DNA from: Vicinamibacterales bacterium
GTDB lineage: Bacteria; Acidobacteriota; Vicinamibacteria; Vicinamibacterales; UBA8438
Assembly (NCBI GenBank): GCA_965263055.1
Contig: OZ253581.1
Coordinates: forward strand, 3,631,794 to 3,695,793
DNA length: 64,000 bases
Direction of reading: 5' to 3'
The notes below the pieces were generated by a model, which did no database searches, was not told the DNA's origin, and worked only from the letters and a program-made list of their open reading frames with translations. Both the position numbers and the translations under genes were made by a program. This document shows, piece after piece, positions 7,414-15,331 of the stretch. Every line of letters begins with the position of its first letter. Within the stretch, counting starts at the first letter, position 1.

Positions 7414-8781
7414 GTGAGCGGGCGCGCGGCAGCGGACCTGCTGGAGGAGACCGCCTCGACGCTCGTCGTCGAAGGCGGACATCGTCTTGTCGGGTCGATC
7501 GAGGTCGAGGGGAACAAGAACGCCGCGCTCCCGCTGCTCGCTGCCTGCCTGCTGACCGATCAGCCGTGCGCGCTGACGAACATGCCGCGGATCAAGGATG
7601 TCGCCGTGATGGGCGAGCTCCTCCGCGGCCTGGGCGCCGACGTGGAGGGGAGCGGAACGACCGAGGTGCACGTCCGCGGCGGATCCATCATCAGCGACCG
7701 TCCCGACCCGCAACTGGTCGGTCGCCTGCGCGGATCGGTCCTGCTGGCCGGTCCGCTCCTGGCGCGGATGGGACGGGCGCGTCTGGCACCTCCCGGCGGC
7801 GACTTCCCGGGCCGGCGCACGCTGACGGTTCACCTGCAGGCGCTGCGCGCCATGGGCGTGCGCGATGTCGAAGGAGAAGGCCACACGTTCGAGGCGCCGC
7901 ACGGCCTGCGTCCGGCTTCCATCTACCTGGAGGAGGCCTCCGTAACCGGCACGGAGACCGCGATCCTGGCCGCCGCCGCGGCGAGCGGCGATTCCGAGAT
8001 TCGCCACGCCGCCTGTGAGCCGCACGTGGTGGAGCTGTGCGCGTTCCTTGAGGAAATGGGTGTGCGGATCACGGGAGCTGGCACGCCGACCATACGGATC
8101 AGCGGTCCCGCCGCGCTCGGGGGCGCATCGCACCGCCTGCGCGGCGACTACATCGAGGCGGGGAGCTGGGCGGTGGTTGCCGCAATCACCCGCGGCGAGA
8201 TCGAGGTGCATGGCGCGCACGCATCAGACCTCGAACCGGTAACCTCGGTTCTGAAACGGATGGGGGTCGACTGCGATGTCGTTGCGCCTTCGGGAGCGGA
8301 CTGCACGGGCGACATGCTGCGTGTCCGCCCCTCGCAGCCGCGCGCCATCCATCAGGTGACCACCGCTCCCTGGCCCGGCTTCCCGAGCGACATGGTGAGC
8401 CTGGTGAGCGTTCTGGCGACCCAGGCGGTGGGCCGGACGCTGATTCACGACTGGATGTACGAACTGCGGCTCTTCGCGCTGGAGCAGTTGAGCGGCATGG
8501 GGGCCAACCTCTTCCTCTGCGACCCGCACCGGATGATCGTCGACGGTCCCCGCACGCTGAACGGCCGCCGGCTCGATACTCGCGACCTCCGTTCCGGGAT
8601 GGCGTTGATCGCTGCTGCGTTGGCGGCGAAGGGTGAGAGCCGTATCGCTCCGCTGGAGACGGTCGAACGGGGCTACGCTCGTATTGCAACGCGCCTGCGC
8701 GGCCTCGGGGCGCAAGTGACGGTCGAGTCACCGGGCCGGGAGGCTCCGGCTAGCGGTCCAGCGGCGGGCCGGGGGGTGTGA
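7414..8781 (+). CDS. murA: UDP-N-acetylglucosamine 1-carboxyvinyltransferase (Asp in place of the fosfomycin-target Cys)
   Basis: GTG 7414 lies 8 nt after GGAGG (7401-7405), within ORF 7222..8781. Motifs VEGNKNAALPLLAACLLT, PPGGDFPGRR, RSGMALIAAALAAKGES, ERGYARIATRLRGLGA. Confidence 0.85.
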   Translation: MSGRAAADLLEETASTLVVEGGHRLVGSIEVEGNKNAALPLLAACLLTDQPCALTNMPRIKDVAVMGELLRGLGADVEGSGTTEVHVRGGSIISDRPDPQLVGRLRGSVLLAGPLLARMGRARLAPPGGDFPGRRTLTVHLQALRAMGVRDVEGEGHTFEAPHGLRPASIYLEEASVTGTETAILAAAAASGDSEIRHAACEPHVVELCAFLEEMGVRITGAGTPTIRISGPAALGGASHRLRGDYIEAGSWAVVAAITRGEIEVHGAHASDLEPVTSVLKRMGVDCDVVAPSGADCTGDMLRVRPSQPRAIHQVTTAPWPGFPSDMVSLVSVLATQAVGRTLIHDWMYELRLFALEQLSGMGANLFLCDPHRMIVDGPRTLNGRRLDTRDLRSGMALIAAALAAKGESRIAPLETVERGYARIATRLRGLGAQVTVESPGREAPASGPAAGRGV

Positions 8782-10567
8782 CTGGCTCTTGTACGGCAGG
8801 AGGCGGACCGCCGAGGCGCTCGATCGGATCGCGCGGCTGCGGATCGAGACGGGTAGGCAGCGGTAGCGAGCTGCCGACTACCGCGGCGGCCCCGCCGCTG
8901 CTGATCCGGAACGGGAGCAGATCCTGCTCATCGATATCGAGCACGCGAATGATGTGCGGCCGGAGCGTCAGGATGATGTCGGTCTCCTGACTCTCGGTCC
9001 CTGTCCGGCCGAAGAGGCGCCCCAGGATCGGCACCCGGCTCAGGCCCGGGATGCCGTCGAGCGCCTCCCGCTCTTCGTCCCGGATCAGCCCAGCCAGAAT
9101 ATTCGTCTCACCGTCTCGCAGGCGGAGCGTCGTCGAGATCTCGCGGCTGCCGAACTTTGGCAGGGCGCCGAAACCGGTGCCGGAGATGTTGCTGATATCG
9201 ACCACCAGCTCCAGCGACACTTCGTCGTTGTGGTGGATGCGGGGGACGATCTCGATGTTGACCCCGATGTCCTCGTAGTTGAAGGACGTGATCGGCTGCT
9301 GCGCCACTCCACCCGCGGCAATCGGCGTGAACGTGGTGACCGGAACCGGCACCCGTTCGCCGAAGTGCGCCTCGGCCGCGAGCCCGTCCGACGTCCGGAG
9401 GCTGGGGTTCGCCAGGATCCGCGTGTTCCGGTCTTCGGCCAGCATGTTGATCAGGAGGCTCATCGGGTTGGCGACGAACAGGTCCGATCCGCTCAGTCGG
9501 GCGATGTCGTCCAGCGTCAGACCGAATCCCTCCCCGTCGGCGGCGAGCGCGGCGTCGGCCCCCTGCGCAGCGAACTCCAGGCCATAGTCGCGCATCGTCC
9601 GGCGATCGACTTCCAGCAACTGCACCTCGATCACCACTTCGGCGCGTGCCTTGTCGATCGCCTGTACGAGGCGTGCCGCCGCGTCGAGCCGCTCCGGCGT
9701 GTCCATGATCGAAACGGCGTTGGTCGCCGTCACCGGCGCGATCCGCCGCAGGTCGAGCACCAGGCGGAGCAGGTCGATCGTCTCGGTCACGTCGGCATTG
9801 CTCAGATAGAAGGTGCGGACCACCTCCTGCTGGTACTCACGCCGTTTCGCTGGCGTGTCGGGGACGATGGTCACCGTTCCCGGTGCCGTGACCTGGAAGA
9901 AGTTGCGCGTACTCTTGGCGATCGTATCGAGCGCCTCGGCAAAGGTGATGCCGCGCAGGTCGGCGGTGACCGGTTCGTCGACGAACTGCGGATCGAAAAC
10001 GATGGTGACGCCGGCGAACTGGCCGATCGCCGAGAAGACGGTCCGGGCGCTTGCTTCGCGGAAGACGACGGCATCCGGCATGGGGTCGCCGTTCGGCAGT
10101 TCCAGTCCGGGCGGTGCGGCGTGACGAGTCCGTTCGATCAGCGCTTCGAGCTCGGTCTGGCCTTCCGCGCGTGCCGCCAGGCGGGTTCGGACCGCCTCGC
10201 GCGTTTCCGCCAGCTCGCGCTCGATGTCGCCCATCGTCGGGTTCAGTTCGTAGGCGATCTGGTAATGCGCCAGCGCCTCCTCCCAGCGCGATTGCCGCGC
10301 CAGTGCCCGGCCGGCGGCGTAGTGCTGCTGGGCCGCGCGGAGCATCGCCCGCTCCAGCGAGAGCTGCGCGTTGCGGTCGTGCGGGCGCTCCTGAAGGGCG
10401 CGGCGGTAGAGGACGACCGCGCGATCGTAGTCGCGCTCAAACTCTGCGCGCTGTCCCTCCTGGAGCGCCCGGCCGCTTGCGCAGCCAGCAAGCGTGATCG
10501 CGACGAGGGCGATCAGGATGGCGCCGTTGATCCGGATCGTGCGTCGTCTACCGGGCCCAACTGTCAT
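8750..10567 (-). CDS. secretin-family outer-membrane channel with lipoprotein signal peptide and TPR-like N-terminal region
   Basis: 605-aa ORF. N-terminus MTVGPGRRRTIRINGAILIALVAITLAGC (lipobox LAGC). Secretin C-domain: ILANPSLRTSDG, GIPGLSRVPILGRLFG, ETDIILTLRPHII. Confidence 0.85.
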   Translation of the reverse strand: MTVGPGRRRTIRINGAILIALVAITLAGCASGRALQEGQRAEFERDYDRAVVLYRRALQERPHDRNAQLSLERAMLRAAQQHYAAGRALARQSRWEEALAHYQIAYELNPTMGDIERELAETREAVRTRLAARAEGQTELEALIERTRHAAPPGLELPNGDPMPDAVVFREASARTVFSAIGQFAGVTIVFDPQFVDEPVTADLRGITFAEALDTIAKSTRNFFQVTAPGTVTIVPDTPAKRREYQQEVVRTFYLSNADVTETIDLLRLVLDLRRIAPVTATNAVSIMDTPERLDAAARLVQAIDKARAEVVIEVQLLEVDRRTMRDYGLEFAAQGADAALAADGEGFGLTLDDIARLSGSDLFVANPMSLLINMLAEDRNTRILANPSLRTSDGLAAEAHFGERVPVPVTTFTPIAAGGVAQQPITSFNYEDIGVNIEIVPRIHHNDEVSLELVVDISNISGTGFGALPKFGSREISTTLRLRDGETNILAGLIRDEEREALDGIPGLSRVPILGRLFGRTGTESQETDIILTLRPHIIRVLDIDEQDLLPFRISSGGAAAVVGSSLPLPTRLDPQPRDPIERLGGPPPAVQEPVTPPGPPLDR

Positions 10568-11210
10568 CGGTCACCACCTCGATGCCACGCGGCGCATCGA
10601 ACTCGAAGAACCTATCGGCTATCCCCTGGTTCTGCTGCAGGTTCGAGAAGACGTAGGTCGACACTCCCCCCTGCAGGTCGGTCGCTGACATACGCCGGAT
10701 GGCAAGGCTCCCGGGGTCGATCGCGAGCGTCAGCGTCTCGTAGTCGGCGTCCACCGCGCGCGGCGTCAGCTCCACCACCCAGCCGGTGTCCGTTGCGGCG
10801 CCGCCGACGTAACGGCCGTCGAAGTCGCGCGTCAGGTCGCCGTCTCCGGCAAGGAAGGAGGCAGGTGTAGCCGACCCGCCGCCCGGCGGCAGGTCACTCA
10901 CGATCGCCTGCCGGTCGGCCGGGAAGTACGACACCACGGTCCGTCCGTTCGAAACGAAGCGCTTGATCTCGGGGTGCGTGTAGTCGAAGCGCCAGCGGCC
11001 CGGCTTCTTGACATGCACGGTCCCGCGTTCGACATTGGCCGCCCGCAGCACGCCACCCGTGTAGCTGTGCGCGAAATCGGCGGAAAAATCGCCGACGGCG
11101 TTGTAACGCGCCTGCAGTCGGTTCATCAACTGGTTGATCGGCGGCGCCCCGTCCGGTTGCTGCGCGGCGGCGCCCGGCGCCAGGAGCAACAGGCCGGCCG
11201 CGGCGACCAC
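10548..11210 (-). CDS. lolA: LolA-like outer-membrane lipoprotein carrier protein
   Basis: ORF 10548..11342(-). Signal-like AVVAAAGLLLLAPGAAAQ, then FSADFAHSY, GTVHVKKPGRWRFDYTHPE, VSNGRTVVSYFP. Start uncertain: GTG 11210, possible CTG 11228, or upstream GTGs overlapping the rhodanese gene. Confidence 0.65.
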   Translation of the reverse strand: MVAAAGLLLLAPGAAAQQPDGAPPINQLMNRLQARYNAVGDFSADFAHSYTGGVLRAANVERGTVHVKKPGRWRFDYTHPEIKRFVSNGRTVVSYFPADRQAIVSDLPPGGGSATPASFLAGDGDLTRDFDGRYVGGAATDTGWVVELTPRAVDADYETLTLAIDPGSLAIRRMSATDLQGGVSTYVFSNLQQNQGIADRFFEFDAPRGIEVVTDDSWAR

Positions 11211-11224
11211 GGCAAGGTGATGCG

Positions 11225-11599
11225 TCAGCCCTTCAGCGCGCCCGCCTGGGGCGGCTTCTGCTTCGGGGCGTCCTTGCTGTCGGTTGGAAGCTTGGCGGCA
11301 AGCCACTCGAAAATGCCTCCCTCGAGCACGCTGGCGCTGCACCCTTCCCGGATCAGCGCGGCGGCGATGCGCGCACCGACCACCTCTTCCGGATCGGAGT
11401 CGTAAATGACGATCTCGCGGTCGCGCGGCAGCGACGACCGGTCGAAGTCGGGCGGATTGAGGCGGATGGCGCCGGGCAGGCGGACCGTGCTGTGCTCGTA
11501 CGGATATTTCAGACGGGCATCGACCACCACCGGGGCGCGGTCGCCGCCTGCTTCAAGGCGTTCGGAGAGCGCCTCCCGGGTGATTCGCGGAACGGGCAT
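11225..11599 (-). CDS. rhodanese-homology domain protein, probably catalytically inactive (Asp at the Cys position)
   Basis: ORF 11225..11635(-). ATG 11599 preferred (MPVPRITREAL). Rhodanese fold motifs VVVDARLKYPYEHSTVRLPGAI, IVIYDSD, LEGGIFEW. Confidence 0.65.
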   Translation of the reverse strand: MPVPRITREALSERLEAGGDRAPVVVDARLKYPYEHSTVRLPGAIRLNPPDFDRSSLPRDREIVIYDSDPEEVVGARIAAALIREGCSASVLEGGIFEWLAAKLPTDSKDAPKQKPPQAGALKG

Positions 11600-11605
11600 G
11601 GGTCT

Positions 11606-11635
11606 ATTGTCCGCAGCCCCTCCAACAGGTGTCAA
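11606..11635 (-). promoter_or_regulatory. candidate sigma70-type promoter TTGACA-N18-GACAAT, ending 6 nt before ATG 11599
   Basis: Minus strand reads TTGACAcctgttggaggggctgcgGACAATagacccATG. Perfect -35, weak -10. The geometry implies a leaderless or near-leaderless transcript. Confidence 0.35.
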
Positions 11636-11698
11636 GACAGATGGACGCGCCCTGGGCTCACGGATGCCCTGCCGTGGCCAAAGATCACGGATGCGGGG

Positions 11699-13033
11699 TT
11701 ACATCTCTGTAACGTTTGCAACGGCCCGCCGCACGGCGTCGTAGTCGTTCGGCAAGTCCAGTGGATGGTTGGCGAACGCGGCGCGCAGCTCCGGGACGGC
11801 TTCCTTGTGGTAATTCAGTTTGAAGTCGGTGAACTTCAGCCCGTTGGCGGTCGAAATCACCACGACCCGTTCGTCCGGCGCGATGTCGCCCCGCTTCCGC
11901 AGCTTGACCAGGACGGCCAGGGCGACGCCGGTGTGGGGACAGTTGTACATGCCGGTCCGATCGGCCCGCGCCGACGCGTCGGCCAGTTCATGCTCGGTCG
12001 CCTGTTCGACGATGCCGTCGTAGCGTTTGAGGGTCCGGATCGCCTTGTTGATCGAGACCGGGTTGCCGATCTGGATCGCGGAGGCCTGCGTCGGTCCGGC
12101 GGTGATCGGCTCGAACGTCCAGTTACTCCGGTATGCCCGGTAAAGCGGGTTGGCGGCTGCGGCCTGCGCGACGACGATGCGCGGCCGTTTCGACGCCACG
12201 CCGAGCGCTTCCATCATGTCGAATCCAGCGCCGAGCGCGCTGACGTTCCCCAGGTTGCCGCCTGGAATGATCACGACGTCCGGCACTTCCCAGTCGAACT
12301 GCTGCACGATCTCGATGCCGACTGTCTTCTGGCCTTCCAGACGGACACTGTTCATCGAGTTTGCGAGATAGATCCCCTCCTCGGTCGCCAGCCGCTTGAC
12401 GATCGCCATGCAGCCGTCGAAGTCGGTGTCGAGCGCGAGGACCGTCGCACCGTTAGAGAGGGGCTGGACGAGCTGTGCGGTCGAGACCCTGCCGCGCGGA
12501 AGGATCACGATCGCCGGGATGCCCCCGGCGGCGGCGTACGCGGCGAGCGACGCTGACGTATCGCCAGTGGAGGCGCAAGCGACGGCGTGGATCGTCTCGC
12601 CGCGCGCCATCATCTCGCGGACGATTGAGACGAGCACCGTCATCCCCAGGTCCTTGAACGACCCGGTGTGCGAGTTGCCGCAGAGTTTCACCCAGAGGTC
12701 GTCGAGGCCCAGCTCCTGTCCGAACCGCTCAGCCCAGAAAAGGTTCGTGCCCCCCTCGTCCATCGAAACGATGTTGTCGTCGTTGACGTCGGGGCAGATC
12801 CACTCCTTCTTCCCCCAGACGGCTGATCCGTACGGCCAGGTGGTCCGCTTGTAGCGTTCGTCGAACAGGCGCATCCAGGAGCCGGCCGAGTGGGTCCGCA
12901 GCGCGTCGAGATCGTGCACCACCTCGAGCAGGTCGTTGCAGGTGGGGCAGCGGTAGATCGGCTTCAGCAGCGAGTGCTCGCCACTGCATCCCCGTATGCA
13001 GCGCAGGACGGCGCGGTGGGTGTGGGTTGTCAT
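11699..13033 (-). CDS. thrC: threonine synthase (long form with N-terminal Cys4 zinc-ribbon)
   Basis: 444-aa ORF. Motifs [37 protein letters not shown] (PLP Lys), [18 protein letters not shown]. Confidence 0.9.
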   Translation of the reverse strand: MTTHTHRAVLRCIRGCSGEHSLLKPIYRCPTCNDLLEVVHDLDALRTHSAGSWMRLFDERYKRTTWPYGSAVWGKKEWICPDVNDDNIVSMDEGGTNLFWAERFGQELGLDDLWVKLCGNSHTGSFKDLGMTVLVSIVREMMARGETIHAVACASTGDTSASLAAYAAAGGIPAIVILPRGRVSTAQLVQPLSNGATVLALDTDFDGCMAIVKRLATEEGIYLANSMNSVRLEGQKTVGIEIVQQFDWEVPDVVIIPGGNLGNVSALGAGFDMMEALGVASKRPRIVVAQAAAANPLYRAYRSNWTFEPITAGPTQASAIQIGNPVSINKAIRTLKRYDGIVEQATEHELADASARADRTGMYNCPHTGVALAVLVKLRKRGDIAPDERVVVISTANGLKFTDFKLNYHKEAVPELRAAFANHPLDLPNDYDAVRRAVANVTEM

Positions 13034-13344
13034 GCCTTCGTGGCTCTTGGGGTCCCTCGGGTCCCTACGGAATCAGGTCCTCTCCGGGATGGAGGAGCGT
13101 GCGGGGCCGTTTCGGCAGCATTGAAACAGAAGTGCGGCGCGCGGCGCAATTCGGAAGCATGGAAGTCCGAGGTGTCGCGCATTTGCCAGGAGCTCCAGAG
13201 TAGCCCGCCAGGGCCGAGGAGGCCGCGTCGGTCGCGAGGGCGGGTTGGAAATGGCGTGGACGACGGCGGCGATGGCGTCGCGGGGACGGTTTTGCGGCGT
13301 CGGGCGGCTCGCGTTGCAGCGCCTGCCTTCCGGACGGTAGAGGG

Positions 13345-13420
13345 TGGTGGACCGCATGGGGCTCGAACCCACGACCTCAGCGTTGCGAACGCTGCGCTCT
13401 CCCAACTGAGCTAGCGGCCC
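13345..13420 (-). tRNA. tRNA-Ala (anticodon CGC)
   Basis: Minus strand GGGCCGCTAGCTCAGTTGGGAGAGCGCAGCGTTCGCAACGCTGAGGTCGTGGGTTCGAGCCCCATGCGGTCCACCA. Cloverleaf fits, G3:U70 identity pair, loop TTCGCAA, encoded CCA. Confidence 0.95.
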
Positions 13421-13439
13421 GTCCGGTGGACAACTACTG

Positions 13440-13469
13440 ATTGTACCCTTCTGCGCGCGCTAGCGTCCA
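13440..13469 (-). promoter_or_regulatory. candidate promoter for tRNA-Ala (TGGACG-N18-TACAAT)
   Basis: The minus-strand hexamers end 19 nt upstream of the mature tRNA 5' end. Confidence 0.3.
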
Positions 13470-13486
13470 CGACAGAAGACCGGGGG

Positions 13487-14683
13487 TCAGGCGAGCAGTT
13501 CGAGGTACTTGAGGGCGCCACCGGTATTGAACAGGACGACACGGTCGGTGGGTTCGATCGTGCCGTTCGCGAGGAGCTTGCGGAGGGCGGCGAGCGTAGC
13601 GCCCCCTTCCGGGGCTGCGCTGATACCCTCGGTCGCGCCCATCTCCCGCATTGCGGCGATCATCTCCGCGTCGCTCACCGCAATTGCCGTGCCGCCGCTT
13701 TCGCGCAAGGCGCGGAGGATCAGAAAGTCGCCAATCGCCCGCGGAACTCGCAACCCATCGGCGGCGGTCCGGGCGTCCTGCCACGGCTCGGCACGGTCGG
13801 CGCCCTGCTCGAACGCCCGGACGATCGGCGCGCAACCCTCCGCCTGGACGCTTACCATTCGGGGCCGTCGCTCCTCCGGCGGCATCAGTCCGAGTGCTTC
13901 CATCTCCTCGAAGGCCTTCCACATGCCGACGATGCCGGTGCCGCCGCCGGTCGGATAGATGAACCAGTCGGGCCACCCGTCCCAGCCGCACTGTTCCGCC
14001 ACTTCGTATGCCATCGTTTTCTTGCCTTCGACACGGTACGGCTCGCGCAGCGTCGAGACGTCGTACCAGCCGAGCGGTGTGCCTGTTTCGGAGGCGACGC
14101 GCCCCGCGTCGGTGATCAGCCCGTCGACCAGGGTCACGGCAGCGCCGTACTGTTCGCACTCGCGGATGAACGGCGGCTTGACGTCGCGCGGCATGAAGAC
14201 CTGCGCCTCGAGTCCGGCGCGGGCGGCGTACGCGGCGAGCGCGTTGGCAGCGTTGCCCGCCGAGGGAACGGAGAGGGTCCGCGCGCCGAGGCGCCGCGCG
14301 ACACTGACCGCCGCCGACAGCCCCCGCGCCTTGAACGAGTTGGTGGGGTTGGCCGATTCGTCCTTGACGGCGAGCCATTCCATCCCGAGCGCAGTGGCGA
14401 GGCGGGGCGTCTGGAGCAGCGGCGTGAAGCCCTCGCCCAGCGAGACCGGCTGGCCGTCGCTGCCGCACGGGGGGAGGACCTCCGCGTAACGCCACATCGT
14501 CAAGGGCCGATCCCGCTCGAGCGCAGAACGCAGCCGGGCGCCGACGCCTCGCGTCAGGTCGTAACGAGCAAGCAGCGGCGACCCGCACCGGCAAAGGTGC
14601 TGCGGTTCCTCGGGATCGCAGGGGGGCGCGCCGCATGCCGCGGCGCAGTCGAGATGGGTGAGCCTGGAGAACGAAGCGGCCAT
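13487..14683 (-). CDS. threonine synthase-like PLP-dependent enzyme (second, short paralogue)
   Basis: ATG 14683 within ORF 13487..14752(-). Motifs Cys-rich LDCAAACGAPPCDPEEPQHLCRCGSPL, ESANPTNSFKARG (PLP Lys), SAGNAANALAAYA, YPTGGGTGIVG. Confidence 0.75.
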   Translation of the reverse strand: MAASFSRLTHLDCAAACGAPPCDPEEPQHLCRCGSPLLARYDLTRGVGARLRSALERDRPLTMWRYAEVLPPCGSDGQPVSLGEGFTPLLQTPRLATALGMEWLAVKDESANPTNSFKARGLSAAVSVARRLGARTLSVPSAGNAANALAAYAARAGLEAQVFMPRDVKPPFIRECEQYGAAVTLVDGLITDAGRVASETGTPLGWYDVSTLREPYRVEGKKTMAYEVAEQCGWDGWPDWFIYPTGGGTGIVGMWKAFEEMEALGLMPPEERRPRMVSVQAEGCAPIVRAFEQGADRAEPWQDARTAADGLRVPRAIGDFLILRALRESGGTAIAVSDAEMIAAMREMGATEGISAAPEGGATLAALRKLLANGTIEPTDRVVLFNTGGALKYLELLA

Positions 14684-14705
14684 CGGGCGACGGGTTCGGC
14701 GCCTG

Positions 14706-14759
14706 GGAGCCCGTGGCACATCGCCGCTCGAATGTAGCGGGGGTCTTACCACGGGCTCC
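14706..14759 (-). terminator. long hairpin (11-bp perfect inverted repeat) immediately after the frr stop
   Basis: GGAGCCCGTGG (14706-14716) pairs with CCACGGGCTCC (14749-14759). An inner 5-bp CCGCT/AGCGG stem is present. No U-tract follows. Confidence 0.35.
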
Positions 14760-15331
14760 TAGTGCTCAAGCAGCTCCGCGTCCTTCGCCTTTTGTAGTGC
14801 GTCGATCTTGTCGATATGCGCGTCGGTGAGCTTCTGAATGTCGTCGAGCGCGCGCCGTTCCTCGTCCTCCGAGAGCGTGTGCTCCTTCAGCAGCCGTTTC
14901 AGCGCGTCGTTCGTGTGGTGCCTTACCTGCCGGACGCTGGTCCGTCCCTCCTCGGCCAGCCTATGGACCAGGCGCGACAGTTCTCTCCGGCGCTCGTCGT
15001 TCAGCGGCGGGATCGGGATCCGAATCACCTTGCCGTCGTTGCCCGGATTCAGGCCGAGGTTGGCGGTTTGGATCGCGTGCTCGATGGCGCGGATCTGCGA
15101 AGGGTCGAACGGTGTGGCGACGATCAGCGTCGATTCCGGAACCGAGAGGCTCGCGACCTGATTGAGCGGCATCTCCGCGCCGTAGGCATTCACCATGACG
15201 CTGTCGAGCAGATTGATCGACGCCCGCCCGGTACGCACGCCCGCCAGCTCATGCTTCACGTGCGCGACGGCGCCATCCATCCGGCGCTCGGCATCGGCGT
15301 GGGCCGACTTGGGATCTGTGATGGTTGTCAT
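14759..15331 (-). CDS. frr: ribosome recycling factor
   Basis: 190-aa ORF. Motifs [34 protein letters not shown]. Confidence 0.95.
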   Translation of the reverse strand: MTTITDPKSAHADAERRMDGAVAHVKHELAGVRTGRASINLLDSVMVNAYGAEMPLNQVASLSVPESTLIVATPFDPSQIRAIEHAIQTANLGLNPGNDGKVIRIPIPPLNDERRRELSRLVHRLAEEGRTSVRQVRHHTNDALKRLLKEHTLSEDEERRALDDIQKLTDAHIDKIDALQKAKDAELLEH

